Assembly (NCBI GenBank): GCA_036273675.1
Contig: DASUHD010000178.1
Coordinates: 9,492 to 73,491, forward strand
DNA from: Ktedonobacterales bacterium
GTDB lineage: Bacteria > Chloroflexota > Ktedonobacteria > Ktedonobacterales > JADMIN01
Length of the DNA: 64,000 nucleotides
Reading direction: 5' to 3'
The notes under the pieces are model-generated. The model saw only the letters and a program-made list of their open reading frames with translations, was not told the DNA's origin and ran no database searches. This document shows positions 28,901 to 38,321 of this stretch, one piece after another. The position numbers and the translations under genes were made by a program. Numbering within the stretch: position 1 is the first letter of the stretch; the number at the start of each line of letters is the position of its first letter.

Positions 28901-30433
28901 ATTGGTCAGGTTCGCCGCCAGCAGGTTGACGTTGCCGGTGAGGTCTTTCCAGGTGCCTGAGGCGCCGGGAACATTCGCCTGCCCGCCGAGGCGCCCATCG
29001 ACGCCCACCTCGCGCGCCACCGTCGTCACCTGATCGGCGAACGTTGCCAGCGTACCCGTCATGTTGTTGATGGTCTCGGCCAGCGCGGCAACCTCGCCTT
29101 TGGCGTTCACTGTGAGCTTCTGGTCGAGATCGCCATTGGCTACCGCCGTCACCACCTTGACGATGCCGCGCACCTGTTCCGTCAGGTTGTTCGCCATCAC
29201 GTTGACGTTGTCGGTCAGGTCTTTCCACGTCCCGGCCACCCCCGGCACAACCGCCTGGCCGCCCAACTTGCCTTCGGTGCCGACCTCGCGCGCCACGCGG
29301 GTGACCTCGCCCGCGAAGGCGTTGAGCTGGTCCACCATGGTATTGATGGTCTCCTTCAGCAGCAGGATCTCGCCTTTGACATCGACGGTGATCTTGCGCG
29401 AGAGGTCACCCAGCGCCACCGCCGTCGTCACTTCGGCGATGTTGCGCACCTGCGCGGTGAGGTTATTGGCCATCGAGTTGACGTTGTCAGTCAAATCCTT
29501 CCAGACACCGCCCACCGCTGGCGCCTGGGCCTGGCCGCCGAGCTTGCCTTCGGTGCCGACCTCGCGCGCCACGCGGGTGACCTCGCCCGCGAAGGCGTTG
29601 AGTTGGTCCACCATGGTATTGATGGTCTCTTTGAGCTGCAAAATCTCGCCACTGACGTTCACAGTAATCTTGCGCGAGAGGTCGCCGTTGGCGATTGCGG
29701 TCGATACCTCAGCGATGTTGCGGACCTGGGCGGTGAGGTTGTTGGCCATCGAGTTGACGTTATCGGTCAATCCCTTCCATGTCCCGGCCACCCCTGGGAC
29801 GACTGCCTGCCCGCCGAGCTTGCCTTCGGTGCCGACCTCGCGCGCCACGCGGGTGACCTCGGAGGTGAAGACGCCGAGTTGCTGAATCATGGTATTGACG
29901 ATCATGGCTGACCGCAGGAATTCGCCTTCCAGCGGCCTGCCATCTACATCCATGCGGACGGTCTGGCGCAGGTCGCCCTGCGCGACGGCGGCGATGGCGC
30001 CCGTCACTTCGGTCGTCGGACGTAGCAAGTCATCCACCAGGGTGTTGATGGAGACCTCCATCTCGGCCCAGGCGCCATGTGAGCGAGCGAGATGCGCACG
30101 CTCACGGGTCTTTCCTTCCTTGCCGACGACATGCCCGACCCGCTGTAGCTCCTGCGCCATGTGTTGGTTCGCGGCGACGATGTCGTTGAAGGTGTCGGCT
30201 ATCTTGCCTTCCAGTCCTATCCAGTCGCCAGGGAGTCGTACCGAGAAATCGCCCGAGCGCATCGCCTGGAGTCCCTGGAGCAGCGCGCGAATCTCGGGCT
30301 GGGATTGCTTGTCGTGTCCGTTTTTCCTTCCCTGGCCATTCTGCGCGACGTGGCCTGTTGGTTCAGCGACTGTTGTGCTGTTGCTTGTCTGAGCCGCCGA
30401 ACTCCCCTGCCTGCCTCGCGTTGTCCTCGTCAT
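25970..30433 (-). CDS. Large cytoplasmic hybrid sensor kinase: poly-HAMP array - GAF - HisKA - HATPase_c - three receiver domains
   Basis: 1487 aa with no obvious TM segment. ~92-aa HAMP-pair repeats span residues ~47-556, followed by a GAF-like segment. H-box [16 protein letters not shown]-box [10 protein letters not shown]1 DTGIGI, G2 GTGLGLAIS. Three REC domains: LLIVEDDP.., LLVVEDND.., VLVVDDDV...IMMPEMDG...KP. Confidence 0.9.
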   Translation of the reverse strand: MTRTTRGRQGSSAAQTSNSTTVAEPTGHVAQNGQGRKNGHDKQSQPEIRALLQGLQAMRSGDFSVRLPGDWIGLEGKIADTFNDIVAANQHMAQELQRVGHVVGKEGKTRERAHLARSHGAWAEMEVSINTLVDDLLRPTTEVTGAIAAVAQGDLRQTVRMDVDGRPLEGEFLRSAMIVNTMIQQLGVFTSEVTRVAREVGTEGKLGGQAVVPGVAGTWKGLTDNVNSMANNLTAQVRNIAEVSTAIANGDLSRKITVNVSGEILQLKETINTMVDQLNAFAGEVTRVAREVGTEGKLGGQAQAPAVGGVWKDLTDNVNSMANNLTAQVRNIAEVTTAVALGDLSRKITVDVKGEILLLKETINTMVDQLNAFAGEVTRVAREVGTEGKLGGQAVVPGVAGTWKDLTDNVNVMANNLTEQVRGIVKVVTAVANGDLDQKLTVNAKGEVAALAETINNMTGTLATFADQVTTVAREVGVDGRLGGQANVPGASGTWKDLTGNVNLLAANLTNQVRAIAEVATAVTQGDLTRSIQVEARGEVAELSDNINTMIDNLRLTTDRNTEQDWLKTNLARFTSMLQGQRDLTAVGRMLLSELTSLVDAQQGVIYQVETEAAPGLALLSAYADSGADGHQEHLRFGEGLLGQVAVEKRSMLITNLPPETTPIRSSLFETVPRNVVVLPVLFEGQVKAVIELASLSKFTASHLAFLEQLTASIGIVLNSIEATMQTEGLLKQSQQLATELQTQQTELQQTNDQLEQKAQQLAERNVEVERKNQEIEQARRALEEKAAELALTSKYKSEFMANMSHELRTPLNSILILGQQLGDNPDGNLSPKQVEFARTIHGAGTDLLNLITDILDLSKIESGTVSVDAEEIGIVSLLEMVARPFRHEADNRRLTFEAQVDTHLSPSIVTDAKRLQQILKNLLSNAFKFTEQGGVHLSVYPAKSGWSADHPVLKGTASVVAFEVSDTGIGIPPDKQKLIFEPFQQAEASTDRRFGGTGLGLAISRELASLLGGEIHLRSTLEVGSTFTLYVPQTYVGSLPSGNLVGETAEETAHARADRTEMSETRWSHPLTVARITERPTDFAPLLDDRDDAQPDDAVLLIVEDDPYYGRVLVDLARDKGFKVIAATRGLDALALARQFHPTAVSLDVFLPDMLGWTVLNQLKQDPTLRHIPVQIITVDEDRRHGLARGAFSFLTKPTTTEGLELALDRIKDYAAPHRKRLLVVEDNDAERLSITELLGFGDIEIVTVGSGAEALDAIHGDPFDCIVLDLRLPDMSGFEVLEHIRDNEALRDIPVVVFTGKQLTAEEDARLHTLARSVVVKGVESPERLLDETALFLHRVVGDLPLEKQRLLNRLHSSDDDLVGKKVLVVDDDVRNIFALSSVLERRGMIVLTAGTGREAIETLKTTPDLAIVLMDIMMPEMDGYETMQVIRRNPALQRLPIVALTAKAMKGDREKCLEAGASDYLAKPVNTEQLLSALRMWLHR
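28766..30295 (-). repeat. In-frame ~276-bp (92-aa) tandem coding repeats encoding the poly-HAMP array
   Basis: Near-identical DNA blocks recur with ~276-bp period, for example ccttcggtgccgacctcgcgcgccacgcgggtgacctcgcccgcgaaggcgttgag at ~29271 and ~29547, with a divergent copy at ~29823. The protein repeat (E/Q)VT(R/T)VAREVG starts at residues 191, 283, 375 and 467. Confidence 0.85.
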
Positions 30434-31000
30434 GATGCGACTCCCTGGAACCTGAGTTGAATGCTGTCTGGTCGTGGTAGCAATCGCGGAGGTGGTAATC
30501 GTGACTCCCCACGCGTTCGCGAACCGCCAAAGTGGCAGACGCGATTGCTGTGCGGTAGTAACCCAGCGAATTTCGTGCCAATTTCGGCGAGTGCTTGTGG
30601 ATTGCGATGCCGTTCAAGCGGAAGGGTTGTTGAGTTGTCGGACACTGGATCATGAGAAAGCTCGATACAGCCTGCTCTGGGCGCGATACACGCGGGGCAG
30701 TGCGACCATGCTGCCCCGCCGATACTTCGGATGAGATTTCGATGACCATTAGTACTAATCCGCACATTATTGGCGCTGTTCCAGCCTGCGTCGCGTGCGC
30801 TACCGCTTCGTCAGTCTCTCATCACCCTCACTTGATCCTCACTTACCGCGCGACCTGATGAGATTGTGATGCCAGACTACTGTACAGAGAGAGCGGTGTC
30901 TGCTATAGTCGCCTGAACGCGCCCTGTCTGGATGTCGCGCCTTGATCATGAGGCGCGGAAGGGTGGTGTAGCGATGTAGCGATGGGGAGGGTAAGCGCAG

Positions 31001-32239
31001 GTGGAAGAAGAGTCAGAAGAGTCAGAAGAGGAGCATTCGTCAGCGGATAGCGCGGAGAGCGCGTCCGCCGCAACAGATAGTCCCGAACACAGTCCCGAGC
31101 CAGCAACGGTCGCGGATAGCCAGGCGGAGACGCTGACCGCGACGACATGGACGGTCACGGCGCCGCCAGCCCGGACAAAGAAGCGGTCTGTGCGCGTGGC
31201 ATTGCTAGTGGCGAGCGTCCTGTTGCTGGTGGCAAGCCTCGCCGCCACGCTGTATATCGGCAGTGGGAACGCCGCGGGATTCTTGGTGGCGTTCACCGCG
31301 TCCAGCCCAACGGCGCGCGCGACGCATCGGCCCGCCACCGCCACGGCGATCCCGCCAACCGCGACGTTGACTGCCACCGCGACTCCGAAGGCCACTCCGG
31401 CTATCGTGGGTGATGGCGTGCCGCCAACGAGCGGCGGTTCACTCCCACCCTATACCGGCCCAATCTCGGGCGGGCAGGGTTGCCCCAGCGGCCAGGCGCC
31501 AGCGCCAGCGGGCCGGGCGATACGCAGCGCGAGCGATTATGGCGCGCCACACGCCAACGTGGTCGCCCTGACCTTCGACGACGGCCCGACGCCTGCCTAC
31601 TCCCCGGCGATTATCTCCTACCTGGAGAAGACGCATACACCCGCCACATTCTTTGTGCTCGGCCAGTACGCCAAGGCCTATCCCTGGCTGATTCAGCGTG
31701 AGGCGGCGGATGGGTTCACCATTGGCATTCACACCTGGAACCACCCCGACATGACGACGCTCACCCCCGCGCAGCGCGCCTGGCAGCTTGCCGCGACAGC
31801 GCAGCAACTGCATGCCGACCTGGGCGCGAGCGCATGCCTCTGGCTCTGGCGTCCGCCGTACGGCGCCTATAACGGCGCCATCATTGCTCAGGCGGGATCA
31901 TTTGGCCTCACAACGGTCATCTGGAATGATGATCCGGCGGACTGGTCGCAGCCGGGGACGATGACAATCGTCAATCGCGTGCTGGGCAATGTGCATCCCG
32001 GTTCGATCATCCTGATGCACGACGGCCCCGCCGGGCGCTCACAGACCCTCGCCGCGCTGCCCTATATCCTCGCTGGGCTGCATCAGCGCGGCCTGACGCC
32101 GGTAAGCCTGCCGCAGTTGCTCTTCGGCTACCAGCCGCCGACACCCACGCCGACCCCGACGGGCGTCGCGACCCCAACCGAAACGCCGACACCCACGGCG
32201 ACTGATACGCCGACACCCGCGCCCAGCCCGGCCGCGTGA
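31001..32239 (+). CDS. Polysaccharide deacetylase (NodB homology, CE4) with acidic N-terminus, TM anchor and Pro/Thr-rich tail
   Basis: NodB motifs TFDDGP and HTWNHPDM, plus LMHDG. TM VALLVASVLLLVASLAATLYI. C-terminal PPTPTPTPTGVATPTETPTPTATDTPTPAP. GTG start as in the ORF track; the true start is uncertain. Confidence 0.75.
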   Translation: MEEESEESEEEHSSADSAESASAATDSPEHSPEPATVADSQAETLTATTWTVTAPPARTKKRSVRVALLVASVLLLVASLAATLYIGSGNAAGFLVAFTASSPTARATHRPATATAIPPTATLTATATPKATPAIVGDGVPPTSGGSLPPYTGPISGGQGCPSGQAPAPAGRAIRSASDYGAPHANVVALTFDDGPTPAYSPAIISYLEKTHTPATFFVLGQYAKAYPWLIQREAADGFTIGIHTWNHPDMTTLTPAQRAWQLAATAQQLHADLGASACLWLWRPPYGAYNGAIIAQAGSFGLTTVIWNDDPADWSQPGTMTIVNRVLGNVHPGSIILMHDGPAGRSQTLAALPYILAGLHQRGLTPVSLPQLLFGYQPPTPTPTPTGVATPTETPTPTATDTPTPAPSPAA

Positions 32240-32263
32240 GCAGAGATATCCAGTGGTCGGCGC

Positions 32264-33217
32264 TCACTTGCCTGCCAGGCGCGCCACCACCGGAGCGAAC
32301 GCCTCGAAGGCGTCTTCGCGCGCCACGATATACGAGATGCCGTGTGTCACGCGCAGTTGCATGAGCCGATCTACCATCTCGTCCACACTGCCGATCAGCC
32401 AGTATGGACTTTGTAGCAGCACGTCGGCGGTCACGGTGCTGCCGCCAGCCTGTAGCTCGCGCGCGCGCGCCTCCGCCGCCTGCTGCCGGTCGTCCGTCAC
32501 GATGACGCCGCTGAGCAGCAGGTTCAGTTCTATCGCCGCGAATCGCGCCCCCGCCGCCTCGCGCACCCACGCGATCTTTCGCGCCAGCGCCGACTCCAAC
32601 CGTTCTTCCGCGTCCACGGTGTTGTCCGCGTTGACCTTGAAGTGCAGCCCGACGATATCCGCCTCTCGTCCCGCCAGCGTCAGCAGCCGCTTGCCGCCGC
32701 CTCCGATGAAGATCGGCGGATGTGGCCGCTGCACGGGCGTTGGCATGCTCCGCAACCCCGTCACCTGGTAATGTTTCCCCGCGAACGTCACCGACTCCTG
32801 CGTGAAGAATTGCCGTATGATGGTGATTGCCTCGGCCAGCCGCTCGATCCGCAGCCCCGCGCTCTCGAAGGGTAGTCCTGTTTGCTCGTAGTCGGCGAGA
32901 TTCCAGCCCGCCCCGATTCCGAATTCCAGGCGGCCATCCGAGAGCAGGTCGAGCGTCGCGGTCTCCTTCGCCAGCAGCGCCGGATGGCGGAAGTCGTTGT
33001 CGTAGACATAGCTGCCAATGCGCAGACGTGGCGTGGCGTCTGCGGCAGCCATCAGCGCCACCGAGGGCGGAAATAGCTCGTCGAAGTGGTCGGGTACCAG
33101 CAAGACCGCATACCCCAGCTCTTCGATGCGGCGCGCCAACGTCACCCACTCCGCGCGCGAGCCTGCCCCGGTGACTCCCGCGCCAAACCGAAACGCCCGT
33201 GCCTCCGCCATCGCCAT
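32264..33217 (-). CDS. LLM-class (luciferase-like) F420-dependent oxidoreductase
   Basis: MAMAEARAFRFGAG..., LLVPDHF, RLEFGIGAGW, PPIFIGGGGKR are typical of the TIGR03621-like LLM family. The start at 33217 was chosen over the upstream ORF-track start. Confidence 0.8.
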   Translation of the reverse strand: MAMAEARAFRFGAGVTGAGSRAEWVTLARRIEELGYAVLLVPDHFDELFPPSVALMAAADATPRLRIGSYVYDNDFRHPALLAKETATLDLLSDGRLEFGIGAGWNLADYEQTGLPFESAGLRIERLAEAITIIRQFFTQESVTFAGKHYQVTGLRSMPTPVQRPHPPIFIGGGGKRLLTLAGREADIVGLHFKVNADNTVDAEERLESALARKIAWVREAAGARFAAIELNLLLSGVIVTDDRQQAAEARARELQAGGSTVTADVLLQSPYWLIGSVDEMVDRLMQLRVTHGISYIVAREDAFEAFAPVVARLAGK

Positions 33218-33435
33218 GGTATCCGCGCTCCTCTCATTTTCGTCGCGTCGATGTGTCCAGCTGATGTATTTGTGAATGTACTCTTGATGGTACGCGATGC
33301 CAAAGCGACTGAGCAAACTGTCTGATCGCCAACTTTGCGTAGAGAGTTCCAGAGATGATACGCTGGCGCTATGCTGCGCGCACGACGGAGCCGAGCCTGA
33401 TTGAAGTTATCACCCATGCGGAAGGGACGTCACCC

Positions 33436-34434
33436 ATGCGGAAGATCGATGCGTTCGCACACATCCTGCCTCGCGCGTATCTCGACCGGCTGGAGCGGCA
33501 GCTTGAGCAGACCATGGCTCCAAGCCAACTCAACTATTACCGCGAGGGCGTCTTCACCTTCGATCCGGTGCTGACCGACTTGGACGCGCGGTGGCGGAAG
33601 ATCGAGCCGTACGGCGAGTACGCGCAGATCCTGGCGCTTGCCGTGCCGCCGCTGGAAGAGGTTGGGCCGCCAGCGGTCGCGGCGGAGTTTGCGCGCATCG
33701 CCAATGACGAGATGGCGGAGCTGGTGCGGCGGTTTCCAGATCGCTTCGCGGGCTTCGCGGCGGCGCTGCCGATGAGCGACGTCGATGCCGCCTTGATCGA
33801 GCTTGACCGCGCCCTGACGCAGCTCGGTGCGCTGGGGGCGCAGTTCTACACGAACGTCCTGGGTGTTCCGCTCGACGATCCGCGCTTCGAGCCGTTATTC
33901 GCCCGACTCGAAGAGGCCGAGCGCGCTATCTGGCTACACCCGACGCGAAGCGCGGCATGGGCCGACTATCCAGCCGAGAGCCGATCCGACTACGGCCTGT
34001 GGTGGTCCATCGGCTGGCCCTACGAGACCGCTGCCGCCCTGGCGCGCCTGGTCTATTCAGGGCATATGGAGCGTCACCCGCGCCAGCTTGTGATCGCGCA
34101 TCACGGTGGCGGCATGGTCCCGCACTTCTCGGCCCGCCTCGCGATGGGTCCCGGCTATCGGCAGGTCAAGGATACCTTGCCCCGACCGCCGCTCGACTAC
34201 TTCCGGCAGTTCTACGTTGACACGGCGCTGTTTGGCGCGCCACACGCGGTCCGCTGCATCCTCGACTTCTTCGGCCCGCAACACGTGCTCTTCGGGACCG
34301 ACATGCCGCTTGGCCCCGCCAACGCGGTTGAGGCGACCATCGCGGACATCGACGCGGCCAACCTTTCCAGTGAGGACATGGCCGCGGTCTACGCGGGGAA
34401 TGTCGCGCGCCTGCTTGGGCTGGGGGACGGCTAA
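33436..34434 (+). CDS. Amidohydrolase-2 family protein (ACMSD-like metal-dependent hydrolase/decarboxylase)
   Basis: MRKIDAFAHILP (the metal-binding HxH position reads AH), IAHHGGGMVP and LFGTDMP (metal-binding Asp) are typical of PF04909. The ATG at 33436 is preceded by GAAGGGA. Confidence 0.75.
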   Translation: MRKIDAFAHILPRAYLDRLERQLEQTMAPSQLNYYREGVFTFDPVLTDLDARWRKIEPYGEYAQILALAVPPLEEVGPPAVAAEFARIANDEMAELVRRFPDRFAGFAAALPMSDVDAALIELDRALTQLGALGAQFYTNVLGVPLDDPRFEPLFARLEEAERAIWLHPTRSAAWADYPAESRSDYGLWWSIGWPYETAAALARLVYSGHMERHPRQLVIAHHGGGMVPHFSARLAMGPGYRQVKDTLPRPPLDYFRQFYVDTALFGAPHAVRCILDFFGPQHVLFGTDMPLGPANAVEATIADIDAANLSSEDMAAVYAGNVARLLGLGDG

Positions 34435-34491
34435 CAAAGCTGCCGGTATTTCGCCTCATCAGAGAGCGATCTGCCCCGCCTTGTCGCGTGG

Positions 34492-34571
34492 GCGCGGTAT
34501 TGCAGCGCCTCGGCCACATGCGGCGCGGTGATCGTCTCGCTCTCGGTCAGATCGGCAATCGTGCGCGCCAG
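34492..34571 (-). pseudogene. comM: comM/yifB (Mg-chelatase-like AAA ATPase) 3'-end fragment, copy A (~80 bp)
   Basis: The minus strand encodes LARTIADLTESETITAPHVAEALQYRA, the extreme C-terminal ComM/YifB signature. It shares the core gcgcggtattgcagcgcctcggccacatgcggcgcggtgatcgtctcgct with copies B-D. Confidence 0.6.
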
Positions 34572-34677
34572 AGTCGTCGCAGGGGCAAGCGCGCGGGTAA
34601 CAATTACTCTATCGATTGCCGATATGTACTCGTACGGAGATATCACTTGTATAGGGAAGCCTGCGCTGGAGTTTGCC

Positions 34678-36348
34678 TCATTGTAGTGTCATCACGAATG
34701 TGTATTGACCACCGAGCGAGTCCTTCACCAGGATCGCATAAGATACCGCCTGCGGCTTGCAGCCCGCTGTCGCCACGAGCGTAGCCTGCCCACCTGGTGG
34801 CGTGTTGGTGGTTGCGTTCGGCCAGCCTACCGACGGTCCACCATTGACCTGAAAGTGGAATCCCCCGACGGTTGGCGGTTGCCATGCCCATCCCACGCTG
34901 CTCGCGGTATTGTTCCGAATGGTCTGGGTGGCAATGCACGTTTTAGAATTCGCAGCGCTGGGCGTAAGGACAAGCGGGGTAGGCGCAATCGAGAGAGGTG
35001 AAGCAGGCGCAGATGTCGCGGTAGGCCTTGCCCCTGCAGTGGACTGAGCATACGGGGTATACGTTGCGGCGAATGTCGCTAGCGGCGTTTGATTGGACAC
35101 TGGACCGCCTACGGTGGTTTGGCTCGCCTGCGCGGTACCCTGAATGGTCGAAGGATGATGAAGGTCCTGTCCACGATGCTGCAACGCCGACACCACTCCC
35201 GCGAGGGATGCCACCACGACGGCAACGACAACGCCGAAGGCCAGCAGCCAGCGTAGGCTCCGCTGCTGATTCCGTCGCGCCGCTGCCTGCATCGGTGACG
35301 GCATTGCAGCGTGTGCTGATGACCAAAAATGGTCTGGAAGCGGTACTGTCATGGCCGCCGTGAAGAGGACTTCGGTGCTGGGATCCTCGTTGCCCGGGTG
35401 CAGGCTGACTGCCTGCGCTTGACGTAACGCCAAAGCGAATGCGGCCATAGTGGGGTATCGGTCACCCGGTTCACGGGCCAGCGCGGTGAGAACGACGTGC
35501 TCAAGCGCCGGCGGGATCGCAGCCTCATACGTCGAAGGCGGTGTGAGTGAGCCAGTAAGCGCTTGCGCCGCAATGTCGTAAGCGGACCCACCTTCGAAGG
35601 GGCGCTTGCCCGTCAACAGTTCATACAGCACCACTCCCAACGCATAGATGTCTGCTCGCTGGTCGATGGTTGTGTTGTGAAACTGTTCGGGCGCCATGTA
35701 TTCTGGCGTTCCCCACGGCTGCTGCGTGGCCACGTTCGCTGGGCGCCACACCTCGCGGGCAAGGCCAAAGTCAGCGAGCGCTGCCTGTCCCTCGGCATCG
35801 AGGAGGATGTTACCGGGTTTCACATCGCGATGAATAAGTCCATGGCGATGGGCAGCATGCAATCCGTCAGCAACCTGGAGCACTACTCTGATGGCTTCCG
35901 CGGGCGACAGTTTGCCGCTACGGAGCAGGACGTCTTCAAGCGATTCATGCAGCAAGGGCATCACGAGGTAGAGATAACGCTGTCCGTTCACGCTATCCTC
36001 TCCGGCATGGTAGACCGGCACGAGATGCGGATGGCGGAGGGCCGCTACCCTGCGCGCTTCCGCGCGGAAGCGCTCGACATACGTGCTATCGTCCGCTAAC
36101 GAGCTTGAGAGCACTTTCACGGCAACATCGCGTAGGAGAATCCGATCATATGCCCAATACACCTCGGCCATGCCCCCGGCGCCCAAGAGTTTGCCCAGGT
36201 CGTAATCTCCCAGGCGCTGTCCAGTGAGAGCGTGAAGGTGTTGCGTCTCAGTTGGCGGCTCATGTTGTGTCCCAGGTGATAGGTGCACGGCGAACCGAGG
36301 GAGAGCAACGCCTTGCCCTTGTTCAGGTGGTGGAGTCTGCTTGGTCAT
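34678..36348 (-). CDS. Ser/Thr protein kinase (Hanks type) with TM and extracytoplasmic C-terminal domain
   Basis: G-loop GAGGMAEVY, VAVKVL Lys, catalytic loop HRDVKPGNILL, DFGLA, GTPEYMAPE. TM WLLAFGVVVAVVVASLAGVV is followed by a ~190-aa Ser/Thr/Pro-rich region and a beta-rich region. The ATG at 36348 has GGAAGGGAG upstream; 36369 is an alternative. Confidence 0.85.
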   Translation of the reverse strand: MTKQTPPPEQGQGVALPRFAVHLSPGTQHEPPTETQHLHALTGQRLGDYDLGKLLGAGGMAEVYWAYDRILLRDVAVKVLSSSLADDSTYVERFRAEARRVAALRHPHLVPVYHAGEDSVNGQRYLYLVMPLLHESLEDVLLRSGKLSPAEAIRVVLQVADGLHAAHRHGLIHRDVKPGNILLDAEGQAALADFGLAREVWRPANVATQQPWGTPEYMAPEQFHNTTIDQRADIYALGVVLYELLTGKRPFEGGSAYDIAAQALTGSLTPPSTYEAAIPPALEHVVLTALAREPGDRYPTMAAFALALRQAQAVSLHPGNEDPSTEVLFTAAMTVPLPDHFWSSAHAAMPSPMQAAARRNQQRSLRWLLAFGVVVAVVVASLAGVVSALQHRGQDLHHPSTIQGTAQASQTTVGGPVSNQTPLATFAATYTPYAQSTAGARPTATSAPASPLSIAPTPLVLTPSAANSKTCIATQTIRNNTASSVGWAWQPPTVGGFHFQVNGGPSVGWPNATTNTPPGGQATLVATAGCKPQAVSYAILVKDSLGGQYTFVMTLQ

Positions 36349-36600
36349 GTCGTCTCCCTTCCTGCCCATCGTGGTGTACGCGCAGCCCGCGTTCTCCATG
36401 CGCGCCGCTGGTGTGCATAAGCGTCGCGAAATAACGTGTGCCGCAGCAGCATCCGATGCCAGCTGTACGAGGCAAAGGAGATTGTCAGTGTGATTGATTG
36501 TTATGATAGCAGATGGCGGGAAGTTAGAGGCTGCTTCTGTGCAGAAACCGCTCGTCTTCTCGACAGTATGGCGAATGCCAATCAACCGGCCTCGCCCCGT

Positions 36601-36756
36601 GCGCGGTATTGCAGCGCCTCGGCCACATGCGGCGCGGTGATCGTCTCGCTGCCTGCCAGGTCAGCAATCGTGCGCGCCAGCTTGAGGACGCGGTGGAAGG
36701 CGCGAGCGGAGAGCCGGAGCCGTTGCGTGGCGGCGCGCAGAATCGGCTGGGCGGCG
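36601..36756 (-). pseudogene. comM: comM/yifB 3'-end fragment, copy B (~156 bp)
   Basis: The minus strand encodes ..AAQPILRAATQRLRLSARAFHRVLKLARTIADLAGSETITAPHVAEALQYRA. It is near-identical in DNA to 38341-38496. Confidence 0.65.
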
Positions 36757-36776
36757 TTTCTGTTCGCGAGACGGTG

Positions 36777-37187
36777 TTAGCCGCCGCTGCTGTGATATGG
36801 AAAAGCCCTGAGTAGGCGGTCAATCTCCGCGTGGATCTCGGCTGGGGTCACTCCAAGTTGATGAGCAGTCACCAGCAGGCGAGTGACTGCCTGCTCGAAC
36901 TCGTGTGCCCGGATCTCCGTGACCCGTGTAGACGAGAAGGGCGCTACCTGGACCCCCTTCCGAGTGGTGGTGACCACCCATCCCTCGCGTTCGAGCTCAC
37001 TATACGCGCGCATCACCGTATTCGGGGCAACTCCCAGATCACGTGCTAATTGGCGCACTGAAGGGAGTACAGAGCCCGGCGCAAGCTGCCCCGTGGCGAT
37101 GTGCAGGCGAATCTGCACCCGAATCTGCTCATACGGTGGGACTGGGCTCGCTGGATCGAGGACGAGAGGTGATGGCAGTGTACTCAT
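36777..37187 (-). CDS. GntR family transcriptional regulator (short YtrA-like type)
   Basis: PPYEQIRVQIRLHIATGQLAPGSVLPSVRQLARDLGVAPNTVMRAYSELEREGWV is a winged-helix GntR N-domain with a short C-terminal extension. Confidence 0.8.
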   Translation of the reverse strand: MSTLPSPLVLDPASPVPPYEQIRVQIRLHIATGQLAPGSVLPSVRQLARDLGVAPNTVMRAYSELEREGWVVTTTRKGVQVAPFSSTRVTEIRAHEFEQAVTRLLVTAHQLGVTPAEIHAEIDRLLRAFPYHSSGG

Positions 37188-37197
37188 ATAACCTGCG

Positions 37198-38235
37198 CTA
37201 AACGCGCGCCGGACGCCACGGCCAGCCAGCAATGCGCCCACCGATACGGCCAGCGCACGCCGGGAGCAAGAAGCCTGCTATCACCACAATTGCTGCAAAC
37301 CAATACCACGTATCAAGCACCGGGCTCAAGGGCCGGACGCCCAACCGCCAGAAGCCACTGTGCCACAAACCCATGCTTATGAGCAGGCCATGGACTATCC
37401 CAAAACTGCCAATCACATTCAGCTCATATCCCTGGAGAGCGCCAATCGCGAGCGCGCGCAGCAGATTATCCGCACGCTGGGCACTTGCGGGCTGGTGGGT
37501 TAGCAAGAGCCGAGGAAGCCGCGCGATCTGACCGAGGAGGATCTCACCCACGATGAGTGTCAGCAGCATTGCGGCTGGTAGCGTCCACAGAAACCAGGCA
37601 GGAGCCACACTCCGTGTTATCCCATCCCCTAGGTCGAGGGGCACCCCTGCCTCAAGATGGGGCCACATGATGAGCGTGATCAGCGCAACGCCCATGGTCA
37701 GGACGGCTGCGATCAAGGGAAATACGACCGAGCGATAATCGGAGAGCGTCCGCGGTTGCAGATCGCCATACGTGGGTTCTCGTGCTGTGAGCCGTCGCAG
37801 TCGCCAGACCCCGTACAGATAGCCAAGCCCATAGCCCGCCAGGAAGCTCAAGAACAGGGCAGGCAGGAATAACTGCCGGATCATGTCCACGACGAAGGTT
37901 CCAGAGGCGGTCGATGGAGCGATCCATACAAGCGCCAAGCCACCACACACGAAAAGGACGACGGCCAACCCCAATCCAATCATGGCTGAGGAGAGGATGA
38001 TGTCTCGCGAGCGGGAAAACTCTTCTAGCAAATCAGGATAAGCCGCATCAGGGGTTACCACTTCCCACTTGAGCAGTTGCCGCCAGCTATTGCGCCACCC
38101 AAACGCCCCCGGATGGTAGAGGAGATACCATCCGAACGCGACGGCAGCGATGCCAGATCCCAGGAGCAGAAGCACGGGAAGCAGAAAGACCACACCAATG
38201 AGTAAACTGAGGAATGAGTTGGGATCAATACGCAT
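37198..38235 (-). CDS. Polytopic membrane protein of unknown function, co-transcribed with the GntR regulator
   Basis: About 8 hydrophobic helices. The ATG at 38235 is preceded by AAGGAG. The stop is 10 nt before the GntR start. Confidence 0.6.
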   Translation of the reverse strand: MRIDPNSFLSLLIGVVFLLPVLLLLGSGIAAVAFGWYLLYHPGAFGWRNSWRQLLKWEVVTPDAAYPDLLEEFSRSRDIILSSAMIGLGLAVVLFVCGGLALVWIAPSTASGTFVVDMIRQLFLPALFLSFLAGYGLGYLYGVWRLRRLTAREPTYGDLQPRTLSDYRSVVFPLIAAVLTMGVALITLIMWPHLEAGVPLDLGDGITRSVAPAWFLWTLPAAMLLTLIVGEILLGQIARLPRLLLTHQPASAQRADNLLRALAIGALQGYELNVIGSFGIVHGLLISMGLWHSGFWRLGVRPLSPVLDTWYWFAAIVVIAGFLLPACAGRIGGRIAGWPWRPARV

Positions 38236-38321
38236 TATCGGCTCCTTCTGTATCAAATACATGATACAGGCAAAGCCCTTCTGTGTCAAGCTGTTGAGAC
38301 AGGGCTATTATCCCGCAATTC

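Noticed and set aside
29061-29885. 274-aa plus-strand Ser/Thr/Pro-rich repetitive ORF
   Set aside because: It is antisense to the poly-HAMP coding repeats. Its internal repetition simply mirrors the 276-bp DNA repeats, and the minus-strand HAMP reading is unambiguous.
28766-30295. Possible CRISPR-like or non-coding repeat array
   Set aside because: The repeats are 276 bp, contiguous, in frame and encode HAMP units, with no short repeat/unique spacer organisation. The same conclusion applies to the contiguous 10-bp units at 3101-3140. No cas genes are present in the window.
32007-33149. 380-aa minus-strand ORF (different frame) overlapping the LLM oxidoreductase gene and the end of the deacetylase gene
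   Set aside because: The composition is extremely Arg/Gly/Ala-rich and no domain signature is present. The alternative frame gives a clean LLM-family protein.
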